Source of the DNA: Promethearchaeota archaeon
GTDB lineage: Archaea; Asgardarchaeota; Lokiarchaeia; Sigyniarchaeales; Promethearchaeaceae
Direction of reading: 5' to 3'
Length of the DNA stretch: 32,000 nt
Assembly (NCBI GenBank): GCA_016933055.1
Contig: JAFGBS010000014.1
Coordinates: forward strand, 30,001-62,000
Of this stretch, positions 17,935 through 26,856 are shown piece by piece. A model generated the notes under the pieces. It was not told the origin of the DNA. It saw nothing but the letters and a program-made list of their open reading frames with translations, and ran no database searches. Made by a program: the position numbers and the translations under genes. Every line of letters starts with the position of its first letter. The first letter of the stretch is position 1.

Positions 17935-19893
17935 GTGAAACATATCTTAATTGTGGAACCAATATCAAAACGCATTGAGGTTAAAAGTGGTGCTAGCATT
18001 TATGATGCACTAATTGCTTTAAATTATCCGATTGGCGCGTTGTGTGGTGGAAAGGGAACTTGTGGAAAATGTAAAATCTTATGTGTTAAAAATCAAGAAA
18101 ATTTGTCCCCCCTAAACGTAATTGAGAAAAATTTATTGACTCCCGAGGAACAAAAAAATAATATACGACTAGCATGTCAATCTTTCATTTTTGGGGATAC
18201 TCGCATCTCTTTATTAGAAGGATTAATCTCTCATGGGAATAAAATTCTGATTGATAGCGATTTGCTTGCAGTTAGAGGTAATATCCAAGAGAAATTTGAT
18301 CCATTCATCAAATTAATGCATCTAAAAATTCCTCTTCCTACTTTGCATAACAATGGGGATGATTTATACCGTATGACCTCAATTATTCGAAAATCTTTTC
18401 CTGAACGGGTTTTGCATTTGTCCCCAATTATGATAGATAATGATCTTTATACGATCACAAGATCGATGTCCACTAAAATTCGATCTAAGGAAGGCAAAAT
18501 TACATTATATTATTGGTTAAAGGATGAAACTCTCGAAATCCTTGATGTTGAAGAAGGTTATAATAAGAAATTATATGGTATTGCAATTGATTTGGGTACC
18601 ACTACTATTGTAGGATATTTAATAAATTTACTTTCAGGGGATATTGTATCAATATCCTCGATGTTAAACCCTCAAGTAAGTATTGGAGAAGATTTGATAA
18701 CCAGAATAAGTTATATTTGTCAAAATGAAGCCAAACATACAGCACAAACATTACTGATTTCTGCGTTAAATCAGATCCTTACAGATACCTGTGAGAAAGC
18801 AAAAGTTTCCAAACTAGATGTAAAGGAATTAGTTGTTGTAGGCAACACGGGCATGCATCACATGTTATATGGTCTCAATTCAGAACAATTGGCTCGTACA
18901 CCCTTTGTCCCTGTATTTAAAGCCCCAATTTATATCAATTCAGCACAATTGGGGATTCAAGCTTCTCCACAAGGGCGTTTATATAGCCCCCCAGTTGTTG
19001 CTGGATTTGTAGGTACAGACACGATTGGGTGTATAGTATCATCCCGAATTGATACCTACGAAAAATTTAGCTTGTTAATTGATATTGGTACAAACGGAGA
19101 ATTAGTTATGGGAAATCGAAAGGGGCTGATTACGGGTTCATGCGCTGCAGGATCTGCTTTAGAGGGAGCTCACATTTCATTAGGAATGCGAGCAGCAGAA
19201 GGTGCTATTGAATCTCTTACAATTGATCCAAAATCTTTTCACTGCACTATTAATACTATCGGAAATCTCAAACCAATTGGTATGTGCGGCTCAGGGTTGA
19301 TTGATTTAATTGCCGAAATGATAAAATGCAAAATAATAACTCGAAACGGAAATTTTAACGTCCATAATCTTCCAGAACGAGTATTATATTCTTCAAATGG
19401 AGATTTAAATTATATCATTTATGATTCTGAAAAAGACGGAATCTATTTTGAGGATGACCGAAAAAAATTCACTATTGGGATATCTCAAAAAGACATCCGA
19501 CAACTACAATTAGCGAAAGGTGCATTTCTCTCAGGTGCTTATTTACTCAATAAACAGTATCCTTCCGAAAATTTAGAACAGATTTTACTTGCAGGAGCAT
19601 TTGGAAGTTATATTGATAAAGAAAATGCAAGGATTATCGGATTATTTCCAGAAATAACACCCACCAAAATTTATCAAATCGGAAACGCTGCTGGATTAGG
19701 AGCACAAATTTGCTTGAAAGATCAAAATATGAGAAAATTTGCTAATGAGATTGCCAATAAAGTGGAATATTTCGAAATTGCTTCATCCAAAGATTTTCAG
19801 AAGGAATTTGCATTAAGTATGTATTTTCCCCATTATGAATTACACCGATTCCCATCATTAAGAACTATTTATCAAGACCTCCCAATCCGATAA
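17935..19893 (+). CDS. ASKHA-domain reductive activator of corrinoid proteins (RACo/DUF4445 type) with N-terminal 2Fe-2S ferredoxin
   Basis: CGGKGTCGKC...RLACQ 2Fe-2S motif, AIDLGTTT, VGNTGM, GFVGTD, LLIDIGTNGE, GMCGSG, LAGAFGSY, and GNAAGLGA. Confidence 0.9.
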   Translation: MKHILIVEPISKRIEVKSGASIYDALIALNYPIGALCGGKGTCGKCKILCVKNQENLSPLNVIEKNLLTPEEQKNNIRLACQSFIFGDTRISLLEGLISHGNKILIDSDLLAVRGNIQEKFDPFIKLMHLKIPLPTLHNNGDDLYRMTSIIRKSFPERVLHLSPIMIDNDLYTITRSMSTKIRSKEGKITLYYWLKDETLEILDVEEGYNKKLYGIAIDLGTTTIVGYLINLLSGDIVSISSMLNPQVSIGEDLITRISYICQNEAKHTAQTLLISALNQILTDTCEKAKVSKLDVKELVVVGNTGMHHMLYGLNSEQLARTPFVPVFKAPIYINSAQLGIQASPQGRLYSPPVVAGFVGTDTIGCIVSSRIDTYEKFSLLIDIGTNGELVMGNRKGLITGSCAAGSALEGAHISLGMRAAEGAIESLTIDPKSFHCTINTIGNLKPIGMCGSGLIDLIAEMIKCKIITRNGNFNVHNLPERVLYSSNGDLNYIIYDSEKDGIYFEDDRKKFTIGISQKDIRQLQLAKGAFLSGAYLLNKQYPSENLEQILLAGAFGSYIDKENARIIGLFPEITPTKIYQIGNAAGLGAQICLKDQNMRKFANEIANKVEYFEIASSKDFQKEFALSMYFPHYELHRFPSLRTIYQDLPIR

Positions 19894-19929
19894 AAAAACA
19901 TTAAAAGCAAATACGAATAGCTCTTAAAA

Positions 19930-21120
19930 ATGGACAAAGTAGGATTCATTTATACTGAAGATTATTATAAATATAATTTCGGGAAACATCATCCTTTACA
20001 ACCAGTTCGTTTAGAATTAACTTATAAATTAATGGAATCCTATGGACTTTTGAATAATTCGCGATTAGAAATAAGGAAACCCAAAATAGCAACACGAGAA
20101 GAACTATATTTAATCCACGATAAGGAATACGTGGATGCAGTAAAAAAATATAGTGATAATCCCCAACAAATAGTTGGAGAACGACCTAATAGCACTTTTG
20201 GGATGGGGTCTATGGATAATCCGGTTTTCCCCGGTATGTTTGAAGCCTCCTCTATGGCAGTAGGAGCAAGTATTACTGCAGCAGAAATAGTCATGGAAGA
20301 AGAAAATGAAATTAGTACCGCTTTCAATATTGCGGGTGGATTACATCATGCAATGCGTAATTTAGCCCATGGTTTTTGTATTTTTAATGATGTCTCCATT
20401 GCCATACAGAAAATACGTGTAAAATATCCCGATCTTAAAGTGATGTATTTGGACGTAGACGCTCATCATGGGGATGGGGTGCAAGCGGCTTTTTATGATG
20501 ATCCTGAAGTATTGACACTTTCAATTCACCAAGATGGACATACTTTATTCCCTGGGACAGGATTTATGGAAGAAAGAGGAAGAAATCGAGGAAAGGGATA
20601 CTCGATAAATTTTCCCTTATATCCAGGAACTTACGATAGTGCATACATCGATTTATTTCGAACTCAAGTTCCTTCTATTATGAAAAGATTCCAACCAGAT
20701 GTTCTATTTACTCAATTAGGTGTGGATACATATTTTGCAGATCCCCTCACTCAATTAGGATTATCGACTTCGGGACATTATAAAATTTTCAATCTACTGA
20801 AGGAGTATTCCCAGAATTATGCCAAAGGGAGATGGATTGCAATGGGTGGAGGCGGTTATTTAATGGGCGCTGTACCACGCAGCTGGACTCTTGCATTGTC
20901 CGTAATGCTGGAAGAGGAACTTCCAAATGCTATTCCATTAGAATGGATTACTTTTTTTGAACAAAAACACATTGATGAGCCCACTCCTTACGAATTAAGA
21001 GACATGAATTATCGTGTCGAGGAACAGATTCTTAAAAACCCCATGTTCTCAGTTCGAATCGAAGAACGCATAGATGCAATTGAAAAATATGTAGTAGACG
21101 AAGTTTTACCAAATCTTTAG
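19930..21120 (+). CDS. Histone deacetylase family (AcuC-like) Zn-dependent deacetylase
   Basis: HPLQPVR, AGGLHHA, GFCIFND, DVDAHHGDG, QLGVD and GGGGY. The catalytic residues are intact. Confidence 0.93.
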   Translation: MDKVGFIYTEDYYKYNFGKHHPLQPVRLELTYKLMESYGLLNNSRLEIRKPKIATREELYLIHDKEYVDAVKKYSDNPQQIVGERPNSTFGMGSMDNPVFPGMFEASSMAVGASITAAEIVMEEENEISTAFNIAGGLHHAMRNLAHGFCIFNDVSIAIQKIRVKYPDLKVMYLDVDAHHGDGVQAAFYDDPEVLTLSIHQDGHTLFPGTGFMEERGRNRGKGYSINFPLYPGTYDSAYIDLFRTQVPSIMKRFQPDVLFTQLGVDTYFADPLTQLGLSTSGHYKIFNLLKEYSQNYAKGRWIAMGGGGYLMGAVPRSWTLALSVMLEEELPNAIPLEWITFFEQKHIDEPTPYELRDMNYRVEEQILKNPMFSVRIEERIDAIEKYVVDEVLPNL

Positions 21121-21266
21121 GATAAACAATTTAGGAATAGCAATCAAAATTAAAATAAGAAGCAATTATAACTAAACAAATAAATTTAACCAACTATCAA
21201 CATAAATATATTAAATAAAAAAGACTAACCAAATATTAAGCAGAGTTCAACTGGTGTAAAAAAAGT

Positions 21267-21785
21267 ATGACAAGTAGTTACAAGCTTAAAGTGCTCCTTT
21301 GCGGTCCAGCTGGAGTTGGCAAGACGAGTCTAATCATGCGATTCATCAAATCAAAATTCCAAACCGATTACAAACTCACTGTGGGAGTCGATATCTTGAC
21401 AAAAGACGTTGAATTACCAAATGATCAGATATGTACACTCAGTATTTGGGACATCGGAGGGCAAGAGCGTTTCTCATTTATCCGAAGTACTTTTTATAAG
21501 GGCGCAGCAGGGGCATTACTGGTGTTTGATTTGAGTCGTGCAGCTACTTGGGATGAAATAAAAAATTGGAGAGCAGAAGTTAAACAATTTGCGGGTGATA
21601 TTCCTTTCGTACTAATTGGAAACAAATTAGATCTATTAGCGGATGTAGGTGAGGTAATCGATCGAGATGAAGCTCGTGCGTATGCGGAAAGTCAAGGCTC
21701 AGTTTATATTGAAACCTCCGCAAAAGATAATACTAATGTAGATGAGGCATTCCTTACCTTAACTAAGAGAATTGTAATTGGTTAG
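21267..21785 (+). CDS. Small Rab-like GTPase
   Basis: GPAGVGKTS, TVGVD, IWDIGGQERF, FYKGAAGALLVFDL, GNKLDL and ETSAK. No C-terminal Cys prenylation motif. Confidence 0.93.
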   Translation: MTSSYKLKVLLCGPAGVGKTSLIMRFIKSKFQTDYKLTVGVDILTKDVELPNDQICTLSIWDIGGQERFSFIRSTFYKGAAGALLVFDLSRAATWDEIKNWRAEVKQFAGDIPFVLIGNKLDLLADVGEVIDRDEARAYAESQGSVYIETSAKDNTNVDEAFLTLTKRIVIG

Positions 21786-21866
21786 ATAAATTTAAGGATT
21801 CTTTTTGGTTTTCACCACTTTCTTGGCAAACCCCGATTTTTTATTTTGGGATTCTCTATTCTTTGT

Positions 21867-22643
21867 ATGAAGATTATTTCATGGAATGTCAATGGGATCA
21901 ATTCGATTGCCGGAAAAGATCCAGGACTAATTCAATTTATGTATAAGGAACAAGCAGATGTGTATTGTTTCCAAGAAGTAAAAGTATCGGAAAAAACAAT
22001 TCGAAAAGAATTATTGCATATAAAAGGATACGAAAAATATTATTGGAATTCATCTGAAATTAAGAAAGGGCATGCTGGAGTCATAACTTATGTAAAAAAC
22101 GGATTGAAACCCATAAATGATTATATCAATATTGGTATTAACAAGATAGATAGACAAGGACGGGTAGTTACCCTAGAATTTGACAATTATTTTGTTGTAA
22201 ATTGTTATTACACCAATGCTGGTCGAGAATTAGTTAATATAGATGAGAAGATGCAATTTGATGACGACCTACTTTCCTATTTTGACCAGTTGCGTAAGAA
22301 AAAACCAGTTGTCATTTGCGGAGATTTTAATGTCGCCCATAAGGAAATTGATATTGCAAATCCCTCAGCTAACCGTAGAAATGCAGGATTCACGGATGAG
22401 GAGAGAGAAAAATTCACAGAACTCTTAGAACATGGTTACATTGACAGTTTTCGCGAATTTATCAAGGAAGGAGGGCATTATACATGGTGGAGTTACCGAA
22501 CTCGAGCACGTGAGCGTAATGTGGGATGGAGATTAGATTATTTCGTCATTTCCAAGGAACTTCTGCCAGAATTAGTAGATAGTTCCATCTTAAGTGAGGT
22601 ATATGGATCAGATCATTGCCCCATTCGATTAGTACTTCAGTAA
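21867..22643 (+). CDS. xth: Exodeoxyribonuclease III / AP endonuclease
   Basis: ISWNVNG, CFQEVK, CGDFNVAH, YTWWSYR, GWRLDYF and SDHCP. ATG at 21867; the track start is 21846. Confidence 0.95.
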   Translation: MKIISWNVNGINSIAGKDPGLIQFMYKEQADVYCFQEVKVSEKTIRKELLHIKGYEKYYWNSSEIKKGHAGVITYVKNGLKPINDYINIGINKIDRQGRVVTLEFDNYFVVNCYYTNAGRELVNIDEKMQFDDDLLSYFDQLRKKKPVVICGDFNVAHKEIDIANPSANRRNAGFTDEEREKFTELLEHGYIDSFREFIKEGGHYTWWSYRTRARERNVGWRLDYFVISKELLPELVDSSILSEVYGSDHCPIRLVLQ

Positions 22644-22715
22644 TTGCATTTAGGTGTGGATTCATTGAATTAGGTAATCTGAAAATCTTCTAAATTACCG
22701 ATATCAATAAGAACA

Positions 22716-23288
22716 GTGATTCAAATGTCATCTCGATTCGAGCATTTTGTGACGCGTGTGGCACGACGTAGTGATTTTCTCCCCATTCGTAACCAACTTC
22801 TTATCACAATGAAACGAGATGCGGAAGCTAAATACAAAAACTACCCCCGGACTGTTGAACGGATGAAAAAAACATGGGAAGAAGAAAGTTATATGCGTAA
22901 TAACGATATTTCAGGTTTGATTGCTAATAATATTGAAGAATTTTTAGTATCATATCTCATTATGTTGTTTCCCTTTCGAAAAAGGGGAATAACGCTTGAG
23001 AAAGTCTCTACGCCTTCACGATTGGATGTTGTTATAGGTATAAGTTACGATTTTTCTGAAAAAGAGTTAAAAATTATCCAAAATACGTTGGAAACCAGAG
23101 AATTTCCCAAAGATCCGACAACAGAAAAAATTTGTAAATTTTTATTTTTATATTGCATCAATTCCTTTGCGTATCCCATAGAAGAAGTGTTCCAACGACC
23201 GTTCGCATTTATGCCCCAATCTGTAAAAGCAGAATGGATTGATGAACGCCTTAAAGTGATAGTATCCGTGCAAGGTCGCGAACAATAA
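22716..23288 (+). CDS. Hypothetical protein
   Basis: 190-aa ORF that fills the gap between flanking genes and has protein-like composition. No motif recognised. Possible ATG start at 22725. Confidence 0.65.
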   Translation: MIQMSSRFEHFVTRVARRSDFLPIRNQLLITMKRDAEAKYKNYPRTVERMKKTWEEESYMRNNDISGLIANNIEEFLVSYLIMLFPFRKRGITLEKVSTPSRLDVVIGISYDFSEKELKIIQNTLETREFPKDPTTEKICKFLFLYCINSFAYPIEEVFQRPFAFMPQSVKAEWIDERLKVIVSVQGREQ

Positions 23289-23318
23289 ATCAAAATAGAT
23301 AAGAAAATCTGATTTTAG

Positions 23319-23804
23319 TTATTTATTATTTTTTAGAAAGGAATTAAGGTCCGTGGAATCCCCATCGCGCTTTTTCACCGTAATTTTTGGACCAATCCCT
23401 AAAATTTTACGTTCTAATTGTTGAATTTGAATTAAATCTAATATATTTGCACGTAACATCCCTTGAGCTCGATAGGTCAATAATACATCAATCTGCTGCA
23501 AAATATCTGGAGGAAGAATAAACTGAAGAATTCGGTGATATAATGCCTTATCCTTGGTTTGAATTTCTTTATAATATCGGAATGCATCAGGTGTCATGAT
23601 AGTTTCTAAAATTACGTCTATTTTATCTTGTAACGAGGGGACGGCGGAAGCACGTTGAGAATTTTGCTGCTGACGTAAAAGGGATTCCATTCTTTTCAAA
23701 CGCAGTTTTTCTAATTCATGATCAACTTCTATATTTTCTTTGTTATTAAATTGGTTTTGATCAGGTTTCTTGGAATTACCAGAATCGTCTTCAGAATCAG
23801 TCAT
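23319..23804 (-). CDS. PDCD5-like (archaeal DNA-binding, programmed cell death 5 family) protein
   Basis: DHELEKLRLKRMESL...ILETIMTPDAF...GPKITVKKR follows the PDCD5 pattern (ELExIRxRR; ILxxILTPEA; basic C-terminal IxRR). The ATG at 23804 is preferred over the track start at 23876. Confidence 0.6.
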   Translation of the reverse strand: MTDSEDDSGNSKKPDQNQFNNKENIEVDHELEKLRLKRMESLLRQQQNSQRASAVPSLQDKIDVILETIMTPDAFRYYKEIQTKDKALYHRILQFILPPDILQQIDVLLTYRAQGMLRANILDLIQIQQLERKILGIGPKITVKKRDGDSTDLNSFLKNNK

Positions 23805-23942
23805 TTGATTGAGAATATGGAGCATCCTTATAAATTGTTTGCAACTTTGAGTAAAAAAAGTGTGACAAAATGCCAATACTTAATTATAGGTTGATAAGGA
23901 TATTTTGAGAAGGTGCAACAGAATTAATCTATAAACCATATT

Positions 23943-23950
23943 TTTATAAA
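23943..23950 (+). promoter_or_regulatory. Candidate TATA box (TTTATAAA) 22 nt upstream of structured element 1
   Basis: Archaeal TATA consensus at typical spacing. The box is palindromic, so it could instead serve the minus-strand PDCD5-like gene. Confidence 0.4.
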
Positions 23951-23972
23951 TTTCAATTACCACTGTTTACTT

Positions 23973-24127
23973 GGAATAACGGTGGGGTGCGGGTATCGTT
24001 TTTGTAACTTGACACAATAAGTCAAGTAATAATAAAGTTTCGCCCTAAAATTTTTCTCCCTCAAATAAACCCCCCAACATTATGTCGGGGCCCTCTTTTT
24101 ATTTTTTACCCACCCCCGCCTTATTCC
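23973..24127. ncRNA. Candidate structured ncRNA (or MITE-like element) 1
   Basis: The GC-rich ends 23973-23995 and 24107-24127 are imperfect reverse complements. Internal hairpins at 24007-24027 and 24072-24090. Confidence 0.5.
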
Positions 24128-24317
24128 CCCGAATTCTATGAAAAATATTTTCATATTCTTATGCAAGCAATTTTGACTCTCTTAAAGAAAACTTTGTTTT
24201 ATTGCTATATCTCTCATCAATGAATAAAATATAATTTCATGGAGAAGGATCTTCCCCACACTGTTTTGGTATTTGATAAATCCGAACATATAATAATTAA
24301 TTCCCGCACAATTACAT

Positions 24318-25541
24318 ATGCGAACAAAAGTGCTGTTAGATGGGATCTGGTATTTCCATGCAGACCCCGACGACATCGGACGAGATCAACAATGGTATTT
24401 GGAAGAAAATTTCCAATACCTCGAACGACTCTTTACCGCAATAGTACCGGGTTGCTGGAATCAATATGATGAAATATTGAAAGATTATTGTGGGATTGGA
24501 TGGTATTTTAAGAATTTCGAGATCCCCCGCGACTTAGTAAGCAAGAAGATATTCTTACACTTTGAGGGAGTAAATGGTACTGGATCAACCGAGATATTTT
24601 TAGATGGAAAAAAAATTAGCACTCAAAAAGGTGCATATTCCCCTTTCAAAATCGAATTGACCGGTATCATTTCTGAGCAATCGCATTTCCTTGGAATCCG
24701 AATGCAAAGTTCACCTGATGAGAAAAAAAATAGGGGAATTGATCGTAGTGTGTACCTTGAATATAGCGACTGGATCTATATTGATGATAATCATATTTTA
24801 CAAAAAATCGAATGGACACCTCAAAAACATCCTAAATCGGTTGAATTGACAATTAAGTCGTTTTTGCGAAATGATTCGATTCAGGAATGGGTAGGATCCA
24901 TCGAATATAATATCACACATCAAAAAGCAATTATTTCAACCACCAAACGAAATTTTAATATCCAAAACAAAAATTCACGATTATTAACCACCGTAATTAT
25001 TATTGAGTCTCCAGAATTGTGGTCTCCATCGTCACCCAATCCCTTTTTGTATGAAATCCATGTAAAGGTGCAAGATTCTGAATACCATCTAGTGGATGAA
25101 CATTACACACATATAGGCATTCGAGAAATTGATTCTAGAGAAGGAAAATTATACATTAACCAACAAGAATTACCCATGCATGGTATAAAGATGGAATATT
25201 CCTCCAAATTATTTTGTTCTGCAATACCAACTATCTATCTTCTGAACAAACTAATGGAATTGAGGAAAGAGGGAGTCAACCTCATCTTCTTAGAACATCT
25301 TCCTGATAAACGATTCTTAGATATTACTGACAGGTTAGGATTTACTGTAATAGAAAACGCAGATCGATTTGAAATTATTGATGACCATGCAGAAACACTG
25401 ATTAAAACCATGATATTCCGGGATAGAAATCATGCTTCAGTAATTAGCTGGAAATATACACGAGAGATGGATTCCAGTCGATCCATAAATTCCGAACTGG
25501 TGACAAGATGGATTCGTTCCTTCGAGAAATATACTTTATAG
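24318..25541 (+). CDS. Glycoside hydrolase family 2-like protein, C-terminally truncated and probably non-catalytic
   Basis: GH2 N-terminal motifs (LDGIWYF, VPGCWN, GIGWY, LHFEGV, GIDRSVYL), Ig domain LWSPSSP..LY, IGIREI, and RDRNHASVISW. The TIM barrel ends shortly afterwards. Confidence 0.8.
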   Translation: MRTKVLLDGIWYFHADPDDIGRDQQWYLEENFQYLERLFTAIVPGCWNQYDEILKDYCGIGWYFKNFEIPRDLVSKKIFLHFEGVNGTGSTEIFLDGKKISTQKGAYSPFKIELTGIISEQSHFLGIRMQSSPDEKKNRGIDRSVYLEYSDWIYIDDNHILQKIEWTPQKHPKSVELTIKSFLRNDSIQEWVGSIEYNITHQKAIISTTKRNFNIQNKNSRLLTTVIIIESPELWSPSSPNPFLYEIHVKVQDSEYHLVDEHYTHIGIREIDSREGKLYINQQELPMHGIKMEYSSKLFCSAIPTIYLLNKLMELRKEGVNLIFLEHLPDKRFLDITDRLGFTVIENADRFEIIDDHAETLIKTMIFRDRNHASVISWKYTREMDSSRSINSELVTRWIRSFEKYTL

Positions 25542-25624
25542 GATTGGTTAAGAAATCTTAGTATAAAAACTGGTCTCTATAATCGCTAAATATAACATTT
25601 CTTTTTCATACTTAGTGGGAAAAA

Positions 25625-25786
25625 ATGAAACAATCCCGAAATAAACAATCTAAAAGATCCGGTTCGTTATCTTCTAAATTACAGTATGATTTTAGTAAAT
25701 TTATAAAAGATGAAAAGATGCTGAAAAGAGTCCTAGAGATTGAACCTAAAAAGCAGAAATTACTAGATCTACCTTATTATATCTGA
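25625..25786 (+). CDS. Possible small basic protein (53 aa)
   Basis: Manual translation MKQSRNKQSKRSGSLSSKLQYDFSKFIKDEKMLKRVLEIEPKKQKLLDLPYYI, with a purine-rich GTGGGAAAAA upstream. Below the ORF-track cutoff; no homology recognised. Confidence 0.35.
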   Translation: MKQSRNKQSKRSGSLSSKLQYDFSKFIKDEKMLKRVLEIEPKKQKLLDLPYYI

Positions 25787-25788
25787 TT

Positions 25789-26844
25789 ATGATCAAGAAT
25801 ACATTTCATTCAGATTTTTTAATTACTTCAATCACACGTAAAATGTACACCTTTCATAAGATGAAAAAAATGGCTGGTAAAAATTCAATTGCTATGGAGA
25901 TAAACCACCTAACCAAGATTTATTCGGAGGGGAATGTTTTAGCCGTGGACAATATTTCCTTTAAAGTGAAAAAGGGGGAAATTTTTTCATTTCTTGGTCC
26001 TAATGGAGCGGGAAAAACTACGACAATACAGATGGCAGCGACAGCCCTGAAAATCACCGATGGTACAATAAAAATATATGGATATGATGTTGAAAAGGAA
26101 CGGGAAGAAGTACGTAAACATATAGGTATATGTCCTCAGGATCTGGTTTTTTACGATAAATTGACCGTGTTAGAGAATGCGATGTTTTTCGGGAAGATGT
26201 ATAATATTCCAACGGAAAAATTAAAGACGTATGCGAATGAGTTAATTGATAAGCTTGGGTTGTCTGATAAACGCAAAACTCTAGCTTCAAAACTTAGCGG
26301 TGGAATGAAAAGACGTTTAAATCTTATAATCGCATTGGTGAATAATCCAGAATTCCTATTTTTAGACGAACCAACATCAGGATTAGATCCGCAGACCCGT
26401 CATGTTGTGTGGAATTTCATAAAGGAGTTAAAGAAACAAGGAAAAACCATTTTTTTGACTACCCATTACATGGATGAAGCAGATACCTTGAGTGATACGG
26501 TAGCGATTATCGATCATGGTAAAATTATAGCTTTGGACTCACCTTTTAACTTAAAACAGCAATATTCTACGGGAGATTTAGTGGAATTAAAATTTGATGT
26601 ATCTAGGGCTATGTTGGAAGAAAAATTACAGATTTTACAGCAAAATTCAGAATACCAAGAATCCTATATAGTAGAAGATGAAGAGATTTTGCGTATTTCT
26701 ATTCGAAACGGCTTGAAGAATATTGCTAAGTTGATTGATGCATTAGAGAAACAGGAATTGAATATCATCGATATGGGAATCCGTTCCAACAGTTTAGAAA
26801 ATGTATTTATTACACTTACAGGGAGAACCTTACGAGATACGTAG
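25789..26844 (+). CDS. ABC transporter ATP-binding protein (ABC-2/DrrA-type exporter)
   Basis: Walker A GPNGAGKTT, signature LSGGMKRR, Walker B FLDEPT, and TTHYMDEA. The true start is probably near 25861-25870. Confidence 0.95.
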   Translation: MIKNTFHSDFLITSITRKMYTFHKMKKMAGKNSIAMEINHLTKIYSEGNVLAVDNISFKVKKGEIFSFLGPNGAGKTTTIQMAATALKITDGTIKIYGYDVEKEREEVRKHIGICPQDLVFYDKLTVLENAMFFGKMYNIPTEKLKTYANELIDKLGLSDKRKTLASKLSGGMKRRLNLIIALVNNPEFLFLDEPTSGLDPQTRHVVWNFIKELKKQGKTIFLTTHYMDEADTLSDTVAIIDHGKIIALDSPFNLKQQYSTGDLVELKFDVSRAMLEEKLQILQQNSEYQESYIVEDEEILRISIRNGLKNIAKLIDALEKQELNIIDMGIRSNSLENVFITLTGRTLRDT

Positions 26845-26856
26845 GAGGAAAATATC

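Noticed and set aside
19930-21120. HDAC as a eukaryote-specific chromatin signature
   Set aside because: AcuC/HDAC-like deacetylases are common in bacteria and archaea, and nothing here points to histone substrates.
23973-24127. Element 1 as SRP RNA, RNase P RNA, SECIS or cobalamin riboswitch
   Set aside because: It lacks the SRP helix-8 motif, the RNase P GAGGAAAGUCC, the SECIS AUGA/GA quartet and the B12 box. No selenoprotein-type in-frame TGA was seen nearby.
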